A stretch of DNA of 64,000 nt from Carpediemonas membranifera BICM (Eukaryota > Protista > Fornicata), in NCBI GenBank assembly GCA_019828565.1, contig JAHDYR010000005.1, positions 602,829-666,828 on the forward strand. Reading direction: 5' to 3'. Shown here in pieces: positions 42,119-52,821 of this stretch. Position 1 is the first letter of the stretch. Each line of letters begins with the position of its first letter. Both the position numbers and the translations under genes were made by a program. The notes under the pieces were generated by a model. The model did no database searches and had not been told where the DNA came from. It saw only the letters and a program-made list of their open reading frames with translations.

Positions 42119-45100
42119 CTAGGACCGGGCCCGCCACCTGCGACGAATACGAGCCAGAGTCGGCTCTAGTGCAGGGTTCTCGCGCAAATATTGGTCTAGG
42201 GCCTCCAGCTGGTCGGTGTCTCTGGTAAAACTAATCCAAGAGTCTTCGCTCGGCTCGTAGCCCAGCCAGTGGACTTTGAATTCGACCTTGGACCCCTTGT
42301 TTGAGACCCTGTGCTTGTAGACATTGTCGACCACGTACTCACCGCACTCGGCGGCAAGTCTAGCGATCAGGGCTTGCTCGTCCTCTGGCGTCTCGACAGG
42401 AATGAGTCGCTCATCGCTGACCAGGACCTCTGCCAGCGACACTAAGTCGCGAACCACGTGCGTAGCGGGCGATTCGCCGGCTCGTACAACCTTCATCGGG
42501 CCCCGGAGGCTGGTGAGCAGCTTGGGAGCTCTGCCAACGTAGCGGAGGAGTGCGAAGGAGCCATCCGGGAAGCTCGGAGGTGTGTCGCTGTCCTCGCCGC
42601 TCTTGTTTCGTTCGCTATACCGTTGGAGATGAGCCTTGGCTTGCAGACGGCGGGTATTAAGGGCGTCGCGGAACGCCTTCAGGCAATCGGCTTGGCCCGC
42701 CGACATTTCCTTAAATAGGGCCCACGCCCGCTCGTATTGCGCGACTGAAAACTGCTCGGAGTCGGATCCCGAATTGCCTGTCACTAGGCGTAAGGGGGCT
42801 TGCCCCGTGGCCCGTGTTGGCCGTGTATTAATGATGTACTGCACTAAAGGGAGGAAAGGAACCCAGTCATAGTCCTGGCTGTCAAATAGTAAACCCCGCA
42901 ACAGACGAAGGACTTTTCCATTCGTGCGTTCAACAATTCCGTTGGAGGCTGGGTGATGTGGGGTCGAGTAACGATGCTTGAGGGAGAGGATCCGGTTGAC
43001 TTCAGCGTCCACTTGGTTCCTAAATTCCGGTCCGCCATCAGTTTGAAGTAGCGCTGGTTTCCCAAATAGGGCCCAGACTTCTAGCATTGCTTGGGCTGTC
43101 TCGGCGGCCGTGGTTGATCTCACCGGCTTCAGTACCACGTATTTCGTGAAGACATCTGTGAAGACCAAGACGCCCTTGTACTCACCGCTAGCCCCCAGGG
43201 AGAGAGTGTCGACTTGGACGCATTCAAAGGGCGTGTACCGGTGTGTGCTGTTCTTCGCCGGGGGCGATTCGCTTGTGTGCGCGCAACTTCTGGCATGTCA
43301 AGCACTGCTTGACTACCCGCTTGGCGAGTGCCGAGACGTCGGGCCAAACATGACCCGCCTCCATCGCAAGAGTCGTAAGGCGTACTGCCTTGGGGTGGCC
43401 ATTGGCGCCCTCATGCAGATCTTGAAGTATGCGCAGCTTCTCCTCCTCCGATGGTACGATCTCGGCACTGTTCACAGTCTTAGTCGACGATTCTAGCCGT
43501 GAAGAGCGTCGGCGACCACATTATGCTCGCCTGATATGTGGGCAATGTTGAAATTGAATTCTTGCAAAGCAATCCGCCAGCGCATCACCTTGGGGGATAC
43601 GAGGGAGCGGCGCATGAGGTACACAATATTCCGGTGGTCTGTGTGGATAGTGAGCGAGTTAACCATCTTGAGTAGAGGACTCAAGTCAGGCCGGGTGAGG
43701 GTATGAAGGATTGCGTACAGCTCCTTGTCGTAGGTGGCCCAGCGCCTCTGCGTCGCGTTAAATAATTTCGAAACGAAGGCGACCAGGCGGCGATTCGCGC
43801 CCTCTCCCTGGGTGATTACGGCCCCAAGCCCCCGGTCGCTTGCGTCAGTGTAAACGTCCCATGGCAGGCTGGGATCAGGCTGAGCCAGGACGGTCTCTTG
43901 GGCTACCGCCTCTCTCAGGGCCACGAGGGCTTCCTCTTGGCGTGGTCCCCATACGAATGGCTCACCGGCGTTCCTGATCAGCTCATAGAGGGGGTCCACA
44001 AGGTCCGCCGCGGCTGGGATGAAGTCGATCACGTAATTAAACATCCCTAAGAGTGTTCTGACCCCTGAAACATTGCTCGGAGCCTCTATCGACGTGAGTG
44101 CTTCAATCCGTCGCTTGTCGATGCTCTTCCCCTCGCGGGAAAGGTGGAAGCCCACGATGTCTAACTCCTCCGCGCCGATCACACATTTTGCCGGGCTAAG
44201 CCGAAGGTCATACTTTGTCAGCAACTGGAAGGTTTGCTCTAAGCGTGCTATAAGTTCCTCCTCAGATTGGGCGTAGATTAAGATGTCGTCAATATAGACC
44301 AGCACCCCCCGGTGGAGTACCGGGGCGAGGATGGATTGCATGGTACGCTGGAAATAACTCGGAGCGTTAGTCAGCCCGAATGGGACTCGGTTGAACTCCT
44401 CGTAGTCGTCAGGTGTTACAAACGCCGTCATAGCTCTGTCTTCCTCGTGGAGGGGCATCTGATGGTACCCGGACGTCAAGTCCAAGCTGGCGAAGAATTG
44501 AGCCCCCGCCGCCTCCTGCACGAAGGTTTTCAAGTCGGGAAGGGGAAAATGGTCACGAATGGTGAGAATGTTGAGCTTTGTGTAGTCCACACAGAGGCGT
44601 ATGGCGCCGTTCTTCTTATCCACTACCACGATCGGGGAGGAGAACGGTCCGACGCTGTTCCTGGTGATGCCAAGGTGGCGTAGGCGGGTTACTTCTTCCC
44701 GCACCTGAAGGCGTCGTTCCCCTGATAGTCTCCGGGCTCGTTCCTGGACCAGGGCGTCCGGGTCATTCAATCGGATCCGCATAGGTTCAACCTTGGCTCC
44801 TTGAGCCGGAATGGGGCCGAACAACGTGGAATACTCAGCAAGTAGCGCTCGTACCTCGCTTCGGAGCGTGGCGCTCGCGGATTCGGGAATTTCAACAGCA
44901 CCAACGTCCTCCGAGACGTCTAACTGGTTCAAACTCAGCGGAATGTCGTCCCCGTCCTCCTTGCTCAGATTTTCGGCTACGAGCTGGAGGAATAAGGAAT
45001 CCTTCGTAAGAAGCCCGAGTACACGAAGAATGTCGGTGCCAATAAGGATTTTCTCGCGGTCCCCACTGAGGATTGCGAACTTCGCCTTAAACCGCGTTGG

Positions 45101-46224
45101 GGCTCCCGCCAGCGTGAGGTGTAACCAAGCCTCAGTATAGTGGTTAGTTGTCGAAATGGAACCGTTCGCCATTCTGAAGCGGAGGGTCGGGCCGGTCACT
45201 GTCTGTAGGCCAAGGGCCTCTGCTGACGCAGCGGAGATGATAGATTTTGGTGCTCCAGTGTCAATAATAAAGGAATACTCTTGGTCGTTTATACGACCAG
45301 ACACTTTGAGTGGCTCATCGGGGTCCGTGTCCAGGAGATTAGCCTCGATTGGCTCCTTCTTCTTCGGGTTGGACCGGAGGCCGCCTCCTTCTTGGCGAGA
45401 GCGCATTGGGGCCCCATTGGGGCACTGATTATCCCAATGCCATCCGCCGCACTTGCCACAGGCACGATGGGGAGGCTTCAAAGCTGGGTTGACGTCGTTC
45501 GGCTTGAGAGTGGAAGACTTCTCCGGGGCCCCTGAGGCAACTGCGCCCGGGACCGGGAGGCGAGGCGGTTGGCCTCCTGCGGCCGTTCCTTTCTTTCGGG
45601 TGGAGGACTTTCCGGCCTGGTAGTGACCAAAGCGAATGGCCTTAGCCCGAGCGTCGTCATCTTCTTGAGCGAGGGCAATGCTCAGCTCGTATGCATCGGC
45701 AAGTGACTTCCTCTTAGGATGCTCCTTGAGTTCAAAGTCCAGGACCTTGCGGAAAGTGGATGGGCGGATCCCCTGAAGGAAGATCTTACGCGCGTTCTTC
45801 TCAAAGGGGGAAATGTCTTCTTCGTCCTCTTCTTGTTCCTCTTCGTCCTCGTCCGAGTCGGACTCTTCGATGTCTTCGGCCTTAGAGAAAACTGCTGAGA
45901 ACGCGCTGACGTACGCGCGAATGGAGGTGATTCTTTTTCAGATACCTGGCAGGTGACGGCCTCGAGCTCTTTGACAAGGGACAATTTGTCCACCGGAGCA
46001 AGGAACTTGCTGACGTATTCGTCAATCTTGTCGTCATTTGCCTTCGCCAGGTCTACGTTGAGAGTGTCCTCGATGATGTCCTGCAGGTCATTGGGGAGGA
46101 GGACAGCCAGCTTGGCGGCGGGATACAACGCCTTGATTCGGGCGGCATCCCTCTTAAATGAGCGCCAGGTTTCGCTAGTCAATGTCTCAACGCTCAGAGT
46201 CGGCAGAGAAATATTACCGAACAT
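42119..46224 (-). pseudogene. gag-pol of Gypsy 1, broken by three frameshifts (about 45935, 43502 and 43262)
   Basis: CCHC (CGKCGGWHWDNQC), protease IDTGA, RT YIDD, RNase H TDAS, integrase HHCC/DDE and chromodomain (EYVVDNV...FKVHWLGY...DSW). All three breaks fall in homopolymer runs. Confidence 0.88.
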
Positions 46225-47673
46225 GTAGCCACTAGTGAATTCACTGTTGTAACGATGCGCTAATTTATTTCGACACACTGGTGTCGTCTCGGACCAAGTA
46301 GGACCAAGACGACACCCATTAAATATATAAATATTAACACGGTATTGCGACAAGTCCGCATTTTTGCAACGACGAAACTCGCTGTAGTGACGCAGTTGGT
46401 GTTTATCTAGTACTTCTGAGCTTCGTAGCGCGCTCGTGCGCTTGCGAGTCGAGTTCTGGTGATGTGTCTTAAAGCGCCTGCCAAAATGATGACTCTGAGT
46501 CCGCATTTTTGCAACGACGAAACTCGCTGTAGTGACGCAGTTGGTGTTTATCTAGTACTTCTGAGCTTCGTAGCGCGCTCGTGCGCTTGCGAGTCGAGTT
46601 CTTGGTGATGTGTCTTAAAGCGCCTGCCAAGAAAGAAAGAAATTTAACGTATCCTGTACACCTGTGTAAATCAGGGAATTACCAGTTTGCACCACCCCAT
46701 GTCCCCGGGAACGCCTTAGCGTGTTGACTTCCCTTCGTGAGCGAGCCTGATACTACGTTGGGGGCGTTAGCACCATCACCGTCAGGGTCCAGCTGGTAAG
46801 GCTGGGTAGTCCCTTGCATGTTGACCTATCAACTGGCTGGCCCGATACCCCCAAAGTCGGGATAACCCAGGTCTTACTCTTGGGGGTGTGGTTTGGAAGA
46901 GAAAGAGTTTACGAGTAAAAAGAGGTTTGGACCCTCCCAGGGATATTGGTAGATATTAATACTGACTACACTTCCCCCCCATGGCCAAGCAGTCGCGCGG
47001 CCATCACCACAACCAACATCTGGTATTACGTGGGGCTAGAGCCACCAATCGAACTTGGGATTACGCTCGCTCATGCCGAACCACTATTGGAATTATCGAC
47101 GGGATAACGACAACCAACTTCTGGGATTACGTCTTATTGCAACCTCCAGGTGAGGTATTATGCGTAGTAAGGTGTGACCGAAAGATTCGAGGATGATATC
47201 AAAAAGATTCGGAAAAGATCTATGCAGCGCTGCTAATTAAGATATGGGTTCAGGAGCTCCTGTATAAGTATAAAAAGGACGTACCACAGCCCCGCCCCCT
47301 CGCGGGCACTCTGGGGCTCGCGCTCGACTCGGGAATTCTGGCCCCGAGCATTTTTAGGCATTTCGCCATCGCTCATACAGAAAGTTCTGGTACGTTGGGC
47401 TGATCCGCCCCATTCTTACACAGTGCCCGAAAAAGGGGTTTTCGAGCCCCAATTCGGCTTCGTTGGCGAGTTCTGACTCTTTTTGTTCTGCGCTGTACCG
47501 AAAGTTAACCAACATCATAAGCACTGCTCCACGGACGGTAGAAGTCTCGTGGACTGTGTTTGAGATATAAATATTGTGAATAGTCCGTCATGGGGATCAC
47601 TATGGGCACTTCCATTCGTCATTTGGGAAAAGTGCAGGATATGTCGCTTTTTCCTGAGGAAAAGCGGCCAAAC

Positions 47674-48761
47674 ATGGCGGATACGCGTGCGCTCGACCAA
47701 ATTCGTGAGCTTTCGATGGAGTTAACTGATGACGATTATCGCAAGGTGCTCGAAAATGCCCTTGCGACGATTGCTCGGACGCAACGCTATAAGGCCCGCA
47801 CGATGAGCGCCCTGCAGAAGAGGGCCATCCGCAAGAGCGGCGGGAATGCCTCCCAGATGCCCATGATGCGGTTTGTGCGCCTCTATTCTTCTTACCTAGG
47901 ATCTTCACCGTGCCGGCAACTTCCGCTCGGGAGCTCTGCCGTGTGCCGGTGGGGGGTGTGATGGAGGGGTGCTTCACGAAGCAGGCAGACCAGCTCGCCG
48001 ATGTGGTTCGACGGTGCTTGGCTGGCTACGTTAACTTCGTTGAGGTGCCCCTCGAGGGGATCTTCGATCACCTCTCCACCGGCACGCTGTGGAGCAAGGA
48101 CGCAGGCGGCTTGCTCGATCTGTCAGCCGGCCTGCTGGTCCAGCTCCAGCGAGAGCATCGTGCGCTCCGCTTCCTGCGGGAGGCGTCTCGCAGCCGTGCC
48201 GAAACCGACTCCGGCATAGTCCGCGACGCCGTTGACGCCGGCGTTTTCGATCTCAAGGGCAACGGCTCAAACAGGTACGTCACCCCGGAGACCCTGTTCT
48301 CGCTCTCCCGCGCTCTCGGCTGCGGCCAGAGCCTGGCCCGCCGCACCCTGTACCGGGTCGCCGTCTTGGCCCTCGCCCCAGACTACTACCGCTTGTTCCT
48401 CCACGGGGAGCGTAGCGAGAACGTCTCAGTCACCGCCACTCACTGGGCCGCCCTGGTCGCTAACCTCCGCGCCATGGACGAGCTTCCGTCCCTGCCGGAG
48501 CGGCTCGGTCTGGCCATGCAGGTCTCTGACCCTGAGCGCGAGTACGAGGTCCTTGACGTGCTGGGTCACGAGATCCTGACGGCTGGATCCGACCGCCGAC
48601 TCATTCTTCACGTTCAGTACGCGGGCTACACTGCCCCTACCTGCACTGGTCTGGACGAGACCCTCGCTGCCGTCAGCGTGGCTCGCGAGTATCTGATCGA
48701 CTTTGAGCTCGAGGACTGGATCAAGGGCCCTGACGACGAGTCCGATGACGACTACCAATAA
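47674..48761 (+). CDS. Antisense accessory gene inside Gypsy 2 (about 352 aa), with a 29-nt intron at 47871-47899 and a chromodomain-like C-terminus
   Basis: Removing GTTTGT...CTTACCTAG joins ...QMPMMR to IFTVPATS... in frame. C-terminus is EYEVLDVLGH...LHVQYAGY...AREYL plus an acidic tail. The start could be an upstream in-frame ATG (47590, 47602 or 47641). Confidence 0.75.
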
Positions 48762-48780
48762 ATCTTGATTGAGAATCCGT

Positions 48781-51700
48781 TTACTGCCTGGAGTGCGCAG
48801 CACGGTGTAGTTCTCTCTGCTCAAGAAAGTCCTCAAACTTGTCACAGCCATCGACATTCTCGAATGGCTCCCACGAAGCTTCGTCCGGCTCATAGCCCAG
48901 CCACTCAACCAAGTATTCGCGATTCTCGACCGGACCGGAGTCGGGCCGGGACTTCACAATCTTGCTCGGTATATACTCGGCCGCAACAGTGTTAGCCAAG
49001 CGAGTAACTTGCTCCACGGACATGTCGCCGTGATCGAACGGGAGGACCCGGGAAGCGTCGACCCTGAACTGCTTCAGAGATTCAAGGTCACGCACAGTAT
49101 AGGCAACAACCTTGTTGTACTCCTGGTGCACCGACACTAGTGCCATTGGGCCACGCAGGCCGGCGGCGAATTTGTCGGGTGGTCTGTCGGGGTAAGCCAC
49201 CAGGACGTACGGAGTCGAAACCGTGGCACGGGCGTCCGGCCTGTACTGCTGTAGGAGCCGCTTGCTCTTAATGCGCTCGGCAGCCATGAGCCGGTACGCC
49301 TTGGCCTCGGACAGCCAGTCCTCTTGCTGGTCAACGATATACGTCTCACCCGGCGCGATAACGGTAATGTCCTTTGGCACTCGCATCTCGGTGCCATACA
49401 GGATCTCGGCTGGGGAGAGTCGAGTAGGGACTCGAGGGGTCGAGTTAACAAGGTATTGGGCAATCGGTAAGCTGTGGACCCAATCATTGGATCTAAACTG
49501 GTAACGACGTGCTGTCAGGATGGACTTAACCGACACATTCGCTCGCTCTACTAACCCATTCGACTGGGGATGATGAGCCGTCGTCTTTCTCGTTGTAAAC
49601 CCGAGTCGGGCACTCAGGTCGTTAAAGACTGCGTTGACGAACTGGGATCCTCCATCCGTCTGCAGTACCTTCGGTACGCCGTATCGGAGGACCCAGTTAT
49701 TGACAAACGCCCTGGACGTCTCGACCGCTCGGGTAGTCTGGAGCGGGACAAGCTCAGTCCAACGTGAGCACATGTCTATTACAACGAGGATATACTTATA
49801 GGTCGTGCCGTCGACCGTGCACGAGGTAGCGGACATAGTGTCCATGGCCACTCGGTCGAAGGGGTGCTCGACCGCGGTGTGCAAACCCGCATCGGAAGAG
49901 GCCGGGGGCTTACGCCTTAACTGGCATATTGGGCACTTGGCGATATAGTCGTCCACGTCCTTCTGGCGGACACGTACGCCCCAGTCTCGAAGAAGGTTCT
50001 TGGTCGCCCAGGCGGACAAGTGAGCCCCGGCGAAGTGATGCGCCTTCTGCAGCCTGTCCGCGACTTGGGTATCGAGGGTGTTAGCGAACACGCGAGAAAG
50101 GCCATCTGCTGCCCCGTTGTCAACACCCGGAACGTGACGTATGGTGAAATCGAGGTCAGCTAGTTGGTCGTACCATCTACGGACCTTGGGGTTGATGGAC
50201 TTGGCCATGAACAGCAGGTTGCGGTGATCAGTACGGATGGTAAAGTGCGTCCACGAGAGGAATTTCCGCCAACGCTGGACGGCCAGGATGATTGCGTAGG
50301 CTTCCTGCTCTGTGGTACTCCACCTAGTCTGGACCGCGGAGAATGCGTGGGACATGAAAGCGATCGGCTGCCCGTCCTGTAGTAATACGGCGCCGCATCC
50401 CACGTCTGAGGCATCGGTCATGAGGACATGTGTCGCGTCCGTCTTGAAGTGAACGAGGGAGACCCGCTTAAGGAGCTCGGCGATAACGTCGCCCAGGGCC
50501 GCTTGCTGACCCGGCCCACCGGGTTCGGCCTTGCCAGCCGACACCTGCAACAGAGGATGAGCTCGGGACGCGAAGTTGGGCACGAAGTCACGGAAATAAT
50601 TGAGGAAACCGACGAGTGCCTGTGCGGACCGCTTGCTGGTCGGTAGTTTCAGCTTCTTAATGTCGTCGATGCGGTCTTCGGCAATCCTCACGGTGTCTCC
50701 GGACACGAGTCGACCCAGGAACTCGACCTCAGCCGCGGCGAAGACGCACTTATCGCGACCTAGGTGTAGGTCATACTCTTGGCAACGTTTCAGGACGTCC
50801 CATAGGTTCCTTATGTAGGAAGGCTCGTCCCGACCCATGACAATAATGTCATCGATGTAAATAAGGCACTTCCCTGCCGAGATCAGGTCGGAGAAAGCCT
50901 GCTCCATGGCCCACTGGAAATGAGAACCAGCGTTACGCAGACCAAAGGGCATAGTCGTGTACTCAAACCGTCCAAGGGGAGTCCCGAAGGCGGTCAGAGG
51001 ACGAGAACGGTCCGTCAGTGCCACCTGATGGTAGCCGGCCTTGCAGTCGAGCGTAGCAAAGATGGTATTACCCCTGAGCTTAGCTAGACAATCCTCTATG
51101 ATCGGGATAGGGTAGTTGAACGGGGGAGTCTTCGCGTTGACCAAACGGAAGTCGATAACGAACCGGGTACGGTCCTTCCCCTTTGGGACCAAGAATGCCG
51201 GTGAGGAGTAAGCCGATGCTGATGGCTGGATGAAGCCATGTCGGGACAGGTCGTCAAGGTGTTCCTGGAGAAGTGTCTTCTTCTCCGGCGGCATGAAGAA
51301 CTCGCGGCTAAAGACGGGTTCATCATCAGACAAGACTAGATCGTAAGGGATGAGCTTACTCGGACGCCCTACTCTGTCCTCGAACAGGCCGACAAACCGC
51401 GCGAGCAGTCTGTCCTGAAGGGAAGACGACTTGTCAGACAAGGTGAATAGGCTCAACTTCTGGGGAGTAATGACCGTTGAGACGTCTTCAGCCTGCTCGG
51501 CGTCATTGGCGTCAGACTCCTCGCAGTCGTCAATCTGAGGAAGGATCCCCAGGGTGACCATATCAGGGTACCCAATGATTAGATCGTACTCTGAGGGTAG
51601 GAGGTACGCACGAGTAGTAAAGGTGCACCCACGGGGGACCAGAGCTGATTTGGCAAAGGTTACTTCGGTGGAAATAGTCTGGTCGACTGTGATGACTCCA

Positions 51701-52821
51701 GCCGGTGTCGTCACCTCGACCGGGTCACAATGCAGGATCTTTTCGCCGGACCTCTCGGCCACTTGCGGCGATATGAAGGTTGCTGACGCGCCACAGTCGA
51801 ACAACATCGACTCTGCGCTGGTCCTGTATATGGATCCTGACACAATCGGAAGAGCCTGCGCTCTGCGTTTGCTAGACGCCGCGAAACAAGACAAATAAGA
51901 ATAGTTCTGGACCTTTATACGGTCACAGAACTCTCTCTTGTGGCCCTCGCGCCCGCACTTCTCACACTTGGACTTGGGCTTCCGGCACTCGGGGCTGAAA
52001 TGGCCCTTGCCCCCGCAGTTGTAACAGGTTGGGGTCGTGCTGGTAGGGCGAGCCCGATCGCGGGACCGCTTGTCCGGGCGGTGATGGTCATGCGGGCGGT
52101 CACGACGGTCGTAGGGGCGGTCTCGGCGGTCATCTCGGCGGTCACGACGGTCGCGCTGGTTACGGCTCTGGCCGCGTTGCGGATGGGCGCCTGGCACGGG
52201 CGCTGTCGGACGGCGCGACTGATCGGAGCGGATCGCCTCGGTGAACGGAGCAAGGTACTCAGCCGACTCGGCTACGTCGCGTGCCGTCTTCATGGTGTAT
52301 TGCTGGGTCTCCGCCAGTGAGCAACCCTCAGTCTGCTCCTTCAGTCTGTAGTAGAGGGATTGGCCCTTCACAGCAAAGGCCCGCAAGTAGGCTTCACGAA
52401 TGGTGTCATCCTCGTCCATGTTAAGGCACTCCAACAAGATGTTGAACTGCGAGTTGAGCTTCGACACCTCGAGCGGCGTGAACGCCGCGATGCGCAGCCT
52501 GATAAGGTTCAGGCATTGTTCCTTTCTGGTGGGGCGCAAGGCAGCGGCGAGTCGCTGCATGATGATCTTCTCTCTGAGCTTGCGTGATGAAGTGGAAGGT
52601 TCGTCGTCATGTTGGTCACCCTGAGGAAGCGGAACCTCCTCTAGGGTCTCTAAGCCTAGCACTTGTGATGCATAGGACTGGATCTCCGGGCTTATAAGCT
52701 TGCGGAGCTTCGCCTTACCTCCTCTAGCCTTAAAGTCACGCAGTGACGTCGTAAAAGCTACGAAAGCGCTGAATGTTGCCTCTTTCAGGAGCGGCGCTTG
52801 TTTTTTCTGTTCTCTACCCAT
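48781..52821 (-). CDS. Single gag-pol polyprotein of Gypsy 2
   Basis: Two CCHC knuckles, protease FDCGA, RT LDCKAGYHQ/MPFGL/YIDD, RNase H TDAS, integrase HHCC and DDE, C-terminal chromodomain (EYLVEWLGY...SWEP). Confidence 0.96.
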   Translation of the reverse strand: MGREQKKQAPLLKEATFSAFVAFTTSLRDFKARGGKAKLRKLISPEIQSYASQVLGLETLEEVPLPQGDQHDDEPSTSSRKLREKIIMQRLAAALRPTRKEQCLNLIRLRIAAFTPLEVSKLNSQFNILLECLNMDEDDTIREAYLRAFAVKGQSLYYRLKEQTEGCSLAETQQYTMKTARDVAESAEYLAPFTEAIRSDQSRRPTAPVPGAHPQRGQSRNQRDRRDRRDDRRDRPYDRRDRPHDHHRPDKRSRDRARPTSTTPTCYNCGGKGHFSPECRKPKSKCEKCGREGHKREFCDRIKVQNYSYLSCFAASSKRRAQALPIVSGSIYRTSAESMLFDCGASATFISPQVAERSGEKILHCDPVEVTTPAGVITVDQTISTEVTFAKSALVPRGCTFTTRAYLLPSEYDLIIGYPDMVTLGILPQIDDCEESDANDAEQAEDVSTVITPQKLSLFTLSDKSSSLQDRLLARFVGLFEDRVGRPSKLIPYDLVLSDDEPVFSREFFMPPEKKTLLQEHLDDLSRHGFIQPSASAYSSPAFLVPKGKDRTRFVIDFRLVNAKTPPFNYPIPIIEDCLAKLRGNTIFATLDCKAGYHQVALTDRSRPLTAFGTPLGRFEYTTMPFGLRNAGSHFQWAMEQAFSDLISAGKCLIYIDDIIVMGRDEPSYIRNLWDVLKRCQEYDLHLGRDKCVFAAAEVEFLGRLVSGDTVRIAEDRIDDIKKLKLPTSKRSAQALVGFLNYFRDFVPNFASRAHPLLQVSAGKAEPGGPGQQAALGDVIAELLKRVSLVHFKTDATHVLMTDASDVGCGAVLLQDGQPIAFMSHAFSAVQTRWSTTEQEAYAIILAVQRWRKFLSWTHFTIRTDHRNLLFMAKSINPKVRRWYDQLADLDFTIRHVPGVDNGAADGLSRVFANTLDTQVADRLQKAHHFAGAHLSAWATKNLLRDWGVRVRQKDVDDYIAKCPICQLRRKPPASSDAGLHTAVEHPFDRVAMDTMSATSCTVDGTTYKYILVVIDMCSRWTELVPLQTTRAVETSRAFVNNWVLRYGVPKVLQTDGGSQFVNAVFNDLSARLGFTTRKTTAHHPQSNGLVERANVSVKSILTARRYQFRSNDWVHSLPIAQYLVNSTPRVPTRLSPAEILYGTEMRVPKDITVIAPGETYIVDQQEDWLSEAKAYRLMAAERIKSKRLLQQYRPDARATVSTPYVLVAYPDRPPDKFAAGLRGPMALVSVHQEYNKVVAYTVRDLESLKQFRVDASRVLPFDHGDMSVEQVTRLANTVAAEYIPSKIVKSRPDSGPVENREYLVEWLGYEPDEASWEPFENVDGCDKFEDFLEQRELHRAAHSRQ

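Larger units (their letters stand above)
41421..46352 (-). mobile_element. Ty3/Gypsy chromovirus-like LTR retrotransposon 1
   Basis: Identical 108-bp TG...CA LTRs (46245-46352 and 41421-41528), 4-bp TSD AGTC, polypurine tract at 41529-41542, and gag-PR-RT-RH-IN-chromo order. Confidence 0.96.
41337..46630. repeat. 145-bp tandem repeat (partial unit 41337-41420; units 46357-46501 and 46502-46630), split by a Gypsy insertion and ended by a LINE insertion
   Basis: Near-identical units read directly. A diverged unit is visible at about 41220-41336. Confidence 0.88.

Noticed and set aside
46245-46352. Tf1-type self-priming via the transcript 5' end
   Set aside because: I found no good match to the PBS-position sequence in the Gypsy 1 LTR. 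Gypsy 2 has only an imperfect GTATTAATAT in the probable U3. Not excluded without TSS mapping.
46486-46564. Box C/D snoRNA (ATGATGA...CTGA) within the tandem repeat
   Set aside because: No terminal stem or identifiable guide. Short motifs like these are expected by chance.
46357-46630. CRISPR-like array
   Set aside because: Units are contiguous near-identical 145-mers with no unique spacers, and there are no cas genes.
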